The position numbers and the translations under genes are program-made. This document shows, piece by piece, positions 1-12,264 of a DNA stretch of 64,000 nucleotides; the stretch's first letter is position 1, and the number at the start of each line of letters is the position of its first letter. The notes beneath the pieces are model-generated. The model worked only from the letters and a program-made list of their open reading frames with translations, was not told the origin of the DNA and did not search any database. Origin of the DNA: Octopus vulgaris (taxonomy: Eukaryota); contig OX597816.1 of NCBI GenBank assembly GCA_951406725.2, positions 88,474,001 through 88,538,000 of the forward strand. Direction: 5' to 3'.

Positions 1-806
1 ACATTTTATTGAAGACAGTTAACAGTCAAGCACAGTTATATTATCATAGCAATCTTTCGGTTTTAGGCATACAATGATGATAAATGCAAAACGCTACTAC
101 AATCACCCATCTGGGAATAAATATTAATATGATACAACCCATACACACTTATAAGCATATATTACTAAACGCAATATATAAATATACATAGATTGTGCAC
201 ATGGATATACGTATTTAATATGTTATTACATGTTTCATTCAGACAATGTATAGACCAGTAGAAAACCCATTTATATCGCATATTAATGCCAACGCGATAT
301 TCAATTTTATTTGCAGCAGATGTGCTGACTACCAAACTGCGTGTATACTTACATATATACTTACATACATACGCACACACACGCATACAGATATATGTAT
401 GTATGTATACATGTATACATACACACACACACTCATATATGTGTATATTATATTTATGCAGTCGCATATACATATTCATGCTTATAAGCACATGCACACA
501 TCAATTTGTATGGAATACCATGTTAGTTATAAATTCATGTTATTTTTCCTGTCCTTATATTTTCAATATTTCAGTGATTGCTGTAGATTTCCCTCAAAGG
601 AGCCAACATGATAAATTCTCATTGTAGGAATGGTTTACCATCTACGATATTAGGTATAACCACATGCACACTTTTATATATACAAACTTACATTCATGCA
701 TGTGTATATATATGCACATCCACGTCTATGCACATATCTGTACATGTTTCCATAAATACCTATATACATGCACACATACGCATAGGGATAGATACATATA
801 TAATAT

Positions 807-967
<161 letters not shown>

Positions 968-1357
968 CGGGGTAGAGAGAGCAGAAAGATAGAGAGAAAG
1001 ATAAAGAGAGGGGAATAAATTTTCTCAAGTCACAAATGAAAAGACGTTTCACTGCCAATACCAGTCTATGTAATGGAGAGAGTGCACAACATTAAAAATG
1101 GTGTTATTACAAATGTATTAAGTTCCAAAACCATGGGAAAGACTTATACATGCAGAAAATAGATTGAGAAACGAATATTAAAGCCAATTATACGTATATT
1201 ATATATCGGAGCGAATGCATTAAGTTCCTGATGTATATGTGGATGTTTGGGCATATGTGTATGCGTTTGCGAGTACTTGTGTATGAGCGGAACGTTGGGT
1301 TTCTGCGTATGCATGAATATATGAATATATATATGTTTGTTTTTGTGTGTGTATATG

Positions 1358-1359
<2 letters not shown>

Positions 1360-1440
<81 letters not shown>
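1360..1440. repeat. (TA)n microsatellite, representative of dozens of (TA)n/(TG)n tracts in the window
   Basis: Pure TA repeat. Confidence 0.98.
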
Positions 1441-1443
<3 letters not shown>

Positions 1444-1952
1444 AAGAAGGGCACTCACCACGTTTCTTGGAGATGAAATGGTATTTGTTTAGAACTTCAC
1501 TCTGCCATCCATCAATTAATATATTTATATATGTGTCCATATGTGTATGGCTATGCGTGTGTATCTGTATTCGTTTGTGCGTGTGTATTGTTGTGAGTAT
1601 GTGTTTGTGCGAGTTGTGAGTGAGTGAGTGTATGTATATATACATAAAACTTCGGAAAGTTGCTTTTAGAGCCCGAAATCATATTCAAATACTGACATGC
1701 ATATATGATAGCTTAAATAGCAAATGCCAGAAGACGGAGATCAACCGAAGACGGAGCACCTTCTCAGACCCAGTGGAATAGAGAATATTTACACCACTCT
1801 ACATTACAGTATTGAGTACATCCATGGTTAAAAGACATGTAGATTATTGTAAGGTCACCGTATGTGTGTGTGTGTGTGTTTGTGCGTATGTGTAAAAATA
1901 CACATATACATACATGCATGCATATATATATATATATATATGTCTGTGAGTG

Positions 1953-2012
<60 letters not shown>

Positions 2013-2504
2013 TATATATGTACGTATGTATGTATGTATGTGTGTATATATATATATACATATTTAAAAGAACCAAGTCGTGACCATGTAATATCTTCTT
2101 TTTAACGCATGCCACCCGAAACACATAAAAATAAACATCCCGTTTAACTTAGCAAAAAGGATCTGCACAATAGTGTATGATAGAACAACTCGGGACCTTC
2201 GTCTTCAAGACCTCAAAACAACACTTATTGAAAGACAATATCCACCCTCTCTTATCGACGAGGGAATTAAACGTGCCAAACAATTAGACATAAAAACACT
2301 AAGAACAAAAAACATAGCACCACACCTCAAACCAAAACATTAGTTTTTATATCAACACACAACCCCAGAAACAGTGAGACATTCAACACTATTGTGCAAA
2401 CTCTCCCTTTACTAACTAGAGATCGAAAAATGAACGACATCCTGAAAACACACAAACTCATCAAATGCAAAAACAAAACAAATTGCTAAAGAGACTACTA
2501 ACAA

Positions 2505-2948
2505 ATGCGAAGCTTTACAAAACCAACCACGAAACCAACGGTTGAAAAATGTGGGCGCCCGAACTGTGGAACCAGCCCCAACCTGCTTGAAGGCTCAGAT
2601 TTCCTTTTCAAACAAGGGCAGAGGTTCACAATTGAAACTAGTTTCACCTGTGCCTCTGAGAGCTTAATTTATGTAATAGCCTGCTCGGGCTGCGGTCATC
2701 AGTACATTGGACAAACGAGTTTAACTTTGAGAAAGAGAATCACTCTGCATAAGGAGCAAATCCGTTTCCCGCAATACAGACAAATTCCTCTCAGTGAACA
2801 CATAGAAAAATGTGCTGGTAACATCAAACCAAATTTCACAGTCTTCCCTTTCTACCAGTGCAAAGACACAATCTCTCAACTAGAACGCTTAAATAAAGAA
2901 ACCTTTTTCATTGAAAAATACAAAACACGTCTTAATATGCACGCATAA
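2505..2948 (+). pseudogene. GIY-YIG endonuclease domain of the PLE fragment
   Basis: LIYVIACSGCGHQYIGQTSLTLRKRITLH motif. Confidence 0.88.
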
Positions 2949-3265
2949 CCAACTTTTACATATTTTAATTTTTACATATTTTTACATATTTTAATTTTTA
3001 CATATTGCATCACTGTACATAAATCCCCTACTAAACAAGGTCTTTTTTTAAAACCTGTCTCTTTTCTGTACACATATTTATTTCCCACCCATTTACCGAA
3101 ACCTGAACAGTTATCTCCCTTACACACAACAATAACAATAATAACAACCAATTACCTCCCTTTATTTGTCTACTTGTAAAGTCATTCACTCGTGAATTTC
3201 ATCACGCACAACATGGACCAAATTTCTTCTTAAGAAAATATATATATTCAAATAAATTAAACATT

Positions 3266-3300
3266 ATATCATGAATAGCGATAGCGAAACCGGTCGATAT
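3266..3300 (+). ncRNA. Degenerate minimal type I hammerhead ribozyme motif
   Basis: atatc-ATGAATA-GC GATA GC-GAAAC-CG-GTC-gatat. Perfect 5-bp stem I, palindromic ACCGGT at stem III, core two substitutions from CTGAAGA. Confidence 0.6.
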
Positions 3301-3752
3301 GTTAAAAATTGTATTAACACCATGTACGTGTGCGTATATATATATAATTTGGCTGGTTATTGGATGAGACCCAAATTAGAAGTAACCTTTCAACTTTCCC
3401 TGAGACGAGACGTCAAAATATAGCTGCGTTGAATGCCGTAGGTGGACGTAGCAAACAATTGTCATGAAAACCAAACCAAAATGCACGTTCACCTCGTGAA
3501 GGTTATGGGTATAAAAATCAACTTAAACCGTGTTCCCCGAATTCGTAATTCCTCCGCTGTTTTGATGTACTATATTGTAAGTTGCTGGTTATTGTTAATT
3601 TAGTTGTTGAATTTGGTGATGTCTCATTTGCTGTGTGTTTTTAAAACACCTTGTTTTATTGTGTTTCGGAAAATTTTGAACGTTATTCCCCCCTTTGAGG
3701 AAGGGAATTATTTATTCTCTTGTGCAAAGGAGTCTCCCTCACAAAAAAAAAA

Positions 3753-4358
3753 TATGAGTTGTAACTCAGCTACGGAAACCAATGTTTCAAAAGAAAAAAT
3801 AACGCCTTCAGATAAAGTTTTGAACATGCCGTCAAACAATTAAGCCTAATTTCGCCGCAGCAGCCGGTTTAAAAGGGAAAACCTTAAACGTAACAAATGT
3901 AAATTTGAACCAATTCAAAAATATGTTTTAGAGGGAGAGCTATGGTCTGAAAACCACCCTCTCCTCTGAGGTAATTGAAAACACGGCAAAAAAATGATTG
4001 TCTTTTAAACTTTGAACGTTCAAACTAAAATGTTGGACAAAGCGTTGAGAGACGAGGTTGACAAATGCTTGCAACCAATATGGTCGGACATTGCACTTAT
4101 CACCAGAGGTCGCAAATTTGCAACCATTATCAGCCACCTAAAAAGTGAAGAAAGGGCGAAGGGGCTTTCAGTCAAGTCCCTTAAAACAACTGAAATAGTA
4201 CTCCTACCTACATATTTAGGTAGGCGTACCTCAAAAATTATAGTGGAGGAAATTCCACCAGAAATAGATGTAACATGGCTCTGAGCTGCTCTAATCATGG
4301 GTCTCGAGGATAAAATAACAATTCTTCAGGCTACTAAAATGGAAGGGACAAAGGATTG
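3753..4358 (+). pseudogene. Degenerate ORF1 (gag-like/RRM) fragment of a Tx1/L1-type non-LTR retrotransposon
   Basis: ORF 4012-4284 ...EIVLLPTYLGRRTSKIIVEEIPPEIDVTWL resembles the ORF1 RRM region of Tx1/L1-group elements; in-frame stops on both sides. Confidence 0.5.
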
Positions 4359-4360
4359 AG

Positions 4361-5005
4361 ATCACACTTTCTGTGCCCTATCAGTATTTGCGAAGGGAAG
4401 CCACCCTTCCCATCGTCGACTCGACGTGATACGCATAGACCCGGGTTTCTGTGTATTTAGCCGTCGTCAGCGCACGACCATCACCGGTCTTCGATGGGAA
4501 GGGGTCCCAATGCAAACACGTATATCTTTTCTCCAGTGACGAAAAGACACTGATCTCGAAAAAGTGTAAAGCCACATTTAAGTGGCAAATATACTTCACA
4601 CTGTCGTGCAGCTACTGTTTATACTTCGTTCAGAGATTTATAATTGCTTGTTTACACTTTATCAAGATCAGTGACGCAAAGTCACTGGAAAAAGGATATA
4701 TGTATTTGCATTGGGACCCCTTTCATCAAAGACTGGTGATTGATGTGCACTGTCAACGGGTAAATACCCAGAAACCCAGGTCCGTGCGTATTACGTCAGG
4801 TCGACGATGGGAAAGATGGTTTCCCTCTGCAAATACTGATAGGGCACATAAAGTGTGTCAATAGCAAGCTGGAGGAGATGTTCTCCTGGGGCAACAAGCT
4901 ACAGTAGCATCCACCCTTAGTGGTTAGCCACATTTAGATGGAAAATACACTTCACATTGTAGTGCAGCTACTGTTTATGCCTCGTTCAGAGATTTATTAT
5001 TGCTT
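4361..5005. mobile_element. Non-autonomous repeat family A: ~357-bp monomer in partial tandem plus an inverted 5' copy
   Basis: 4361-4570 is the inverse of 4651-4862; 4571-4649 recurs directly at 4928-5005; another copy lies at 17741-18051. Confidence 0.8.
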
Positions 5006-5529
5006 ATATATATATATATATATATATAAATTTTCGGAGGCACAAACGCTCAGACACATGCATATTTAAGAGTGACAGGTTGATAGATAATAGATATACA
5101 GAGATGCAACAACTGAAAATCTTTTGTTTCACGTGGTGCGTTTTCCCTATGAAACATCACATATGTACGTGTGTGTATTTCGCGTTAGCTTTCAATAAGA
5201 TATTTAACTTTATGTGTGTTTGTGTGTGTGTGTGTGCGTGTGTGTACGCCTGCGCATTTGTGCTGTGTGAGTATATAAATATATTTTTTCAATAATATAT
5301 TTCCATGTGTATATGACATGTAATCCCATACACACACACATATTTAGCAATATATAAATACGTACATATAAATATGAAGTTCACAAATAAACCCTTTTAC
5401 ATCAACTTTATAACGCTTGATGAAAATTAATGTTAAACTGAGACCTAAATGACAAGTGAAGTATATTTAATATTTCGGAAGAACTGACATTTGAAAAGTT
5501 GTGAACTTCAAATATGATTTATTTGAAAA

Positions 5530-5580
5530 TACTGATGAAATCAGATGCAAAGCCCATCATTGACATCTTGAAACACTTTC
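5530..5580 (+). ncRNA. Possible degenerate hammerhead motif
   Basis: CTGATGA...AGATG/CATCT stem...GAAAC; stems I and III are poor. Confidence 0.3.
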
Positions 5581-6132
5581 TTGAAGATGTTGAGAACTTA
5601 CTTGACATGTTAAATATATTCAGATTTCTTTAATATCTAGATATATTTGTTGATTTCACTCGGTTTTATTAGTTTTGCTTAGTTTTACTTTTAGGAATTT
5701 TCATTTTGTTTTTCCTTCTATAATATTTGTTGACTCTATTTGGTTATACATTACCTTTCTGTTATAGTTTTTAGTTTTGTCTTTCATATCCTATATAAGA
5801 ATCGATCTTTAAAAAAAATTTCCTTTACTTTGAACAGATACGTGTTGATTATATTGCCCAAAGAGAGTAAATATACTGTCACACTTTGAGAAACTCTATA
5901 TACCGACGGATACATGTATAGCATTCTTGCGCACAAACACGTGTGAAATTTGACTGATGTCTGCTGTTGCTGCCATCTACGGTTGCTTTCATAGTAAGAG
6001 GCGGAGAAAAAGAGAGTTTGCTAAGAAATGGAAGAAATGGAGAAATACCCTGATGGTGAGAGAACCGCTGAGATGCATACATACATACATACATACACGC
6101 ACACCCAAACATACACACACATACACACACAT

Positions 6133-6174
<42 letters not shown>

Positions 6175-6424
6175 TACGGATATGTACTTGTATAGCAAGT
6201 GACCTGATCTGAGATCGTGTGCTGAAACAATTGTAGCGTGTTTATACATGTATTTATTGAGTTTGATGTAAATTTGTTTTTACATATAACTAAGCATAAA
6301 TACAAACATTAACACGTACACACACACGTATACATTCAAATGCACACTAATATCTATATACCTTTGCATGTATTCATATATGTGAATCGTTGGCTATTTT
6401 CTTTCTCCATATATAACATATATA

Positions 6425-6487
<63 letters not shown>

Positions 6488-7099
6488 TATATATATATAA
6501 GTAATATATACATGTTATGTGTGCGTGTGAACGTCTATACCTATGTATATAAATTGTAAATAGTATGTTCAGAAATTGTTTTCTCTTCTTGATAAACAGC
6601 TTATAAATGCACAATTGAAATATGTAGTGTCTGTAAAGATTCATAAAATCACCAATATCTACAGCTGCAACTATTTGTATCAAGACTTTCAAATATTCTT
6701 AATGAGAAACTGAAGAAAATAACTATTTCCATATCCCCAATTTTTTACCTGAACCAGCTTTACAATGCATACCCTCAAACATTTCAAGGTAACATATCTT
6801 GGCATCAAAATATCACCCATTCATCTCCACAAATGTTCATATGAAACTTCCTAAACTTCTTCAAAGCATTAAACAAAAATATTTATTCTGTAACGATGAG
6901 TTTTGACCGTATAGGAATTTCTCACAGTCGTATCGGCGATAAGCTTATTCCAGTCATAATTTACTCTGTTTTTAATGAAGGTCTTATTTACTCTCAAGCT
7001 CAACCTGAACTTTTCTATCATGTTTCTTTGGTCAGAGTTGACAGTATAATGCGTAGTTCATAACACCATCTGAATAATTTCGTGTCATAGGCATGGTTT

Positions 7100-7278
7100 T
7101 CTAATTATATTGCATTGGTATGATCTTTTTGCTATACTCCCGACTAATTACGTGCCAGTGGTCATATCCCTTAGTTTACACTCGGCTAATCATTTTACTT
7201 TCGTCTGACATCCTAGTTATACGCCCGACTAATTAGTTTTTATTGATCAGATCTTCTAGTTATACACCCGACTATTCT
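7100..7278. repeat. Degenerate ~42-bp minisatellite, about 4 units
   Basis: ctagttatac[a/g]cccgactaatt core at ~7131, 7171, 7213 and 7256. Confidence 0.7.
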
Positions 7279-8291
7279 CCAACTCTACGCCCGTGCTACT
7301 GCTCTCATTTGAATCCTTGTAACAACGTTCACTTTCATTTTGTCGATTTATCTGCTTTCAGTGGACAGGATCAATTGCATGACTTTTTATGGCGATTTGT
7401 ATTCAGTGAATGGTAATTAACAATAGTATCGTCTAAATGAAACCATAGGAACACAACGCTTCCAATTCTCTCCCTCTTCACTTCTACATATACAATGAGA
7501 AAAAAAAAACGCTATATGTTAAAGGAACGAGAAACTCACCGACACTGGCTTATATGTCATTGACTACTGGTGCTCTAAATAACTTTTGTTTTATTAATGT
7601 TATTTAGACTGATATCACTCTGTCGCATAACCACAATAATAAGGAATTCCACTGATATTTATTTTGTTTTATCTGGCTATTTAATTTCTTCCATATGCTA
7701 AGGACGGTATGGAATGATCTCAAAGAATTTTAGTTACTATATCCGTTGTGTCGAGGCCCCCAGACGATGAAGTAGACTAGCCCAATACGTAGATATGGGA
7801 GAAGGCTAGACGTCAGAAAGATTTGACACTAGGAGTAGAGTAGTAGAGGTCATCCGAACGTGCGACATAACAATGTGTAACATATAAATTGACAAAGAGG
7901 CACCGTCATTTGGTTTGTGCACTACTTATTTCGAAGCTGCATGAATAAATCTTTTTCTAGAGTTAAAGTGTTTTAAGCCCATATACAATATAACACCGCT
8001 GAGTCGATATGACATGACGATCATGTGCAGTCATATTCACATACATGCATGTATATGAGTACGGGCGTATACGACTTTATTCCTAAGTTTACAGTCTTAC
8101 AAAATATTTTCTATAAAACGTTTTGTAACTAGTAAATTAACTTCAGAAAAAAAAAAAACGTTAAGCTGACACAGTGTTCAATACGTATATGGCTCAAAGT
8201 ATATGTATAACAAGTATAGCCTAGAATAGGTTGTAGATTTCCGAATCCAAGAAATTTATGCATATATGTACGTATATATTTGTATGTATAA

Positions 8292-8347
<56 letters not shown>

Positions 8348-8722
8348 TTGCGAGGCAAAAACCCGGTGTAGAACTCAATATACATATATTTCTGAACAAA
8401 GTGTAAGATAAATATAGAGCGATAATAAGGAAACGAAATGACACAGAGAAAACAATGGTTGTTATGAACCTCATTAGCTTTGCAATGTCTCTGCTATGAG
8501 ACGCTGTGGCTACTTAGCTGAGTGCCGGAATAACATTCTGTAGATTCATCGGTGCTTCGAATATGATATGCAATTTAATTGGGAAAAAAGAACTGCATCT
8601 TTACAATATACGGGCAAGGCATTACACAATTGATTCAATAACATGCATGCATAGAAACGAAAAATATATGTGCATATGCGCACGCGAGTATGAATATAAG
8701 CATGCATATAAATATATATATA

Positions 8723-8780
<58 letters not shown>

Positions 8781-8823
8781 TATATATATATATATACATA
8801 TATATATATGTATATATATATAA

Positions 8824-8980
8824 TATGTGACAATTAATTGGTTGTCATAATAAAACTCACAGTTTCGGATACCGGAGTTGAAGTCTTTTGTCTTAATAAC
8901 TGATGAGATGCCGGAGCAGACTTCAGCCCCGTTATCCTACACTGTGAGTTTTATTATGACAACCAACTAACTGTCACATA
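8824..8980. mobile_element. Fold-back pLTR-like element with a long-stem-II hammerhead remnant
   Basis: Arms 8824-8885 and 8919-8980 are inverted. CTGATGA-GATGCCGGAG starts at 8900; the left arm read on the minus strand retains CTCCGGTATCC-GAAAC. Confidence 0.65.
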
Positions 8981-9126
8981 TATTTATAGATAAATTCCTC
9001 TATTTTATATAATATCGAGGTCTCATTCATTCTGTTGTTGTCTTAATATATATATATTATATAGATCGGTAGCCACTTCACACATTTTTTTGTCTCCCTG
9101 TTTCTCTCCTTGTTTCTTTCTGTGTT

Positions 9127-9164
9127 CCTTTCTGTGGAAGAGCGTAGGCTCGAAACGTAACAGA
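9127..9164 (+). ncRNA. Minimal type I hammerhead motif in the 5' pLTR
   Basis: CTGTGGA-A-GAGC GTAG GCTC-GAAAC-GTA. Confidence 0.65.
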
Positions 9165-9253
9165 CTTTTTCAATTCCCGAGCGTTATGCTAATACATCTG
9201 TTTGTTTTCTACACCACCTGTCTTCGTCTTTTGTTTTTTTTCGTGAATTCTCC

Positions 9254-11305
9254 CTGGGTCTGCGTTTCATCCCCCTCACTCCATCCTGTAAGGAATTCCA
9301 GACGCGAGCTGATGTTCACAGCTTTGTGCGCCGCGTCCGGTTGGGTGCGCATTTCCGCGACTCACCACCCGCATCCAACCATGAGGACTGTTTCACTGAC
9401 CTGGGCCGCCGACCATCCCCGTGGACGCCTGCACCCGGCCAGTTCCTAGCAGTGGATCTTTTCGCGGGCGCCTGTCAGCGTGCGTTGGAGCGGTTCAACT
9501 TCTCCAGGCGACACCGCCGCCTCAACATCTCCCCGGCCGAGCTCGCGGCTCTTATTTCCCTCCAACTGCGCGCTGACATTATCATGAAACCGGCTGACAA
9601 GGGTGGAGCTGTGTTGGTGTGGCGCGCGGACCTCTACAGGGCCGAGGCTCTCCGCAAACTCAATGACACCTCCTTCTACTCCCCTCTGTCCTCTAACCCC
9701 ACACGTAGCTACCAACAGACGGTATCCTCTACTGTCTACGACCTCATCTCGTCCTCCCGTCTCCCCCACACCGCATCCAACCTTATTGTGCGAAACCCAC
9801 GCACCCCCACCATTTACTTCCCCCCCAAAATCCACAAACCCAACAACCCTGGCCGCCCCATCGTCTCCTCCTGTAACTGCCCCACGGAGCTCATCTCTAA
9901 ATACCTCGACCGTGTCCTTGCTCCCCTAGTGGCGTCTCTTCCCTCTCACATCCACGATACCAACCATGCTCTCCGGCTTTTCAACTCCTTCTACTTTCCT
10001 CCCGGCTCCTCCAAAATCCTTTTTACTATGGACATCCAGAGCCTCTATACCATTATCCCTCACCACGAAGGACTGCGGGCACTTCAACACTTTCTCGACC
10101 TCCGCCCCAACCCTGAACCTGACACCTCCAAACTTATTCGTCTGCCGAACTTGTCCTTACTCTCAACTGCTTCTCGTTCACGCGCGAGTTCTACCAACAA
10201 TTCTCGGGAGTGGCCATGGGAACGCGAATGGGCCCCAACTATACGAACCTGTTCGTTGGCTATGTTGAGGCCCAAATATTCTCTAATTTCACTGGTCCCA
10301 CTCCTGAACTATACGGTCGTTACATTGACGACATTATCGGTGCCACCTCAGTCTCCCATGAACATCTAGATTCCTTCCTCTCTTTCGTTCAATCCTTCCA
10401 TCCAGCCCTCCACTTCACCTCCACTATCTCCAACACCTCTGTCTCCTTCCTCGACATTTTGGTGAGCATTCATCACTCCGCTCTTACCACATCCATTCAC
10501 TACAAACACACAGACTCACACTCATACCTCAACTTCTCTTCCTCCCACCCAGAACACACCAAGCTTTCCATCCTTTGAGACTCAGTCTCAACGTATGGCT
10601 CACTACGTGGATACCCCCTCACCACTATCCACACCGCCCTTGCCAGAGCACGTTCCGTAGACCGTGCATCTGCTCTCTCTCCCCGAACCCGCCCTGTAGT
10701 CTCCCGCCTCCCTTTTCCCCTCACTTACCACCCCACGACCCTACCTCTCCAACGCACCATTCTTCGAGCTTTCCGGTATCTCCAGTTCGACCCGTCCACT
10801 TCACACCTCTTCCCTAACCGACCCCTCCCCTTCTTCAAACGAGCCCATAACCTACGAGACCTTTTGGTCCATAGCTCCTTCCCTGACCCTACCTCCCAAC
10901 CTGGCTCGTTCCCCTGCTCCCGCCCACGTTGCCGCACTTGCCCTTACCTCTCCAACACCACCCTCCTCACTGGCACCCACCATCGACCCTATCGCATCAT
11001 CAACTCCTTCACCTGCACCTCCAGCAATATCATCTATTGCGTCTCTTGCTCTCTCTGCCATTCCCTGTACATCAGACAAACGGGACACCGCTTGGCTGAC
11101 CGGTTCGCGGAACACCTCCGTGACATCCGCCTTGCCAACGACACACCGGTCTCACGCCATTTCCGCTCCACCGGTCACTCCTTGCAACACCCGTCTGTGT
11201 TCGGTTTGTACTTGCACAGAGGCCATCCGGATTCCCGTTTGCGCCGTGAACAGGAATTAATCTTCTCTCTTCGCTCTTTTACGCCATTTGGTCTCAACTC
11301 TCCCC
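9254..11305 (+). pseudogene. PLE reverse transcriptase/GIY-YIG polyprotein, frameshifted
   Basis: Split over ORFs 9326-10369, 10210-10578 and 10864 onward. Frameshifts near 9300 and 10145, a deletion near 10575, and G->R in the YIG motif. Confidence 0.92.
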
Positions 11306-11309
11306 CTCC

Positions 11310-11825
11310 TCATCTAACCTTCCCCCCCGACCCCTACTTCTCTTCAGTCCTTCATCCTTTTACCCCTACTCCCTTTCCCTCCTCTTCCCATCTTACCTCT
11401 TCCCCTTCCCTCTTTCTCTCTGCTCCCTCACACCCTTCTCTCTCCCTCTTCCCCTCTCCCTCTATCCTCCCTCCTCCCTCCTCTTCTCCTCTCCTTCCTT
11501 CTCCCCCTTCCCTCCTCCTCCCTCCTCTTCTCCTCTTCCCCTCTTTCCTTCTCCCCCTCACTCTCACCCTCATCTCATCTCCCTCTCCACCCTCCACCTC
11601 ATCTCCTCTCACCCTCACCCCCTCCTTCTTTCCTTTTCCCCCTCTTCCTCTCTCCCCCTCTCCCCCTCCCACCTCTCCCCCTCATCTCTCATCTCCTCTC
11701 TCTCCCCCTTACCCCCTCCTCACCCTTATCTCCTCCCTCCTCCTCCCTTCTCCCCGTCATCTCCTCTCTCTACACTACACCATACGAGTTTACACATCAC
11801 CCCTCCTCCTCCCCTCTCCCCTCAT
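11310..11825 (+). repeat. CT-rich polypyrimidine low-complexity tract in the PLE 3' region
   Basis: Almost exclusively C/T on the + strand. Confidence 0.85.
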
Positions 11826-12079
11826 ACGACTTTACACATCACATCATATATACATACACACGTCCAGACCTCTCATACGCACGACATACTCTCTCATACA
11901 CACACACACTCTTATGTTGGGGCGAGGTCATTTGCCCCTCTTATCTCCCCTAATTTCGCTCTTGCGTCTCACGTTTGATCTTTGACTTCTGGCCGAAATC
12001 AGATCGCCATGTTGATTCGCTAGCCTCTGCACGTATTTTTTCTCTCTCCTTGTTTCTTTCTGTGTTTCTTTTCTGTGTA

Positions 12080-12117
12080 TCTTTCTGTTGAAGAGCGTAG
12101 GCTCGAAACGTAAAAGA
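12080..12117 (+). ncRNA. Minimal type I hammerhead motif in the 3' pLTR
   Basis: tcttt-CTGTTGA-A-GAGC GTAG GCTC-GAAAC-GTA-aaaga. Perfect stems I and II, ACGT palindrome in place of stem III. Confidence 0.72.
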
Positions 12118-12213
12118 CTTGTTTTATTTATATTCCTGAGCGCCATACTAATACAATTGTTTGTTTGTATTCCACCTACCTTCATCTTTTGTTTATTTTC
12201 ATATAGCTTCCCG

Positions 12214-12264
<51 letters not shown>

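Larger units (their letters stand above)
2090..3320 (+). mobile_element. 5'-truncated Penelope-like retroelement (RT thumb + GIY-YIG + 3' pLTR), Neptune-like
   Basis: From ~2094 translates [27 protein letters not shown]...RQYPPSLIDEGIKRA (PLE thumb), then frameshifts. ORF 2505-2948 has a CGRPNCGT linker, FTCASESLIYVIACSGCGHQYIGQT (GIY-YIG with Cys motif), H..HIEKC and E..FI..Y...LN. A hammerhead-like motif follows at 3266-3300. Confidence 0.9.
9070..12214 (+). mobile_element. Penelope-like element (Neptune-like), near-complete RT + GIY-YIG, flanked by hammerhead-bearing pLTR direct repeats
   Basis: Coding motifs GLRFIP, KPADKGGAV, PKIHKPNNPGRPIVS, DIQSLYT.IP, GVAMGTRMGP.Y.NLF, RYIDD (10318-10332), FLD, CSRPRCRTC and IIYCVSCSLCHSLYIRQTG. 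Related ~190-230 bp repeats at 9070-9255 and 11990-12214; the 3' end abuts (TA)n. Confidence 0.95.

Noticed and set aside
7100-7278. CRISPR-like repeat-spacer pattern
   Set aside because: The apparent spacers resemble each other, the repeats are degenerate, the context is eukaryotic, and there are no cas genes.
11305-11985. Long Pro/Ser/Leu-rich C-terminal extension of ORF 10864-11985
   Set aside because: Read-through into the CT low-complexity tract after the GIY-YIG domain.
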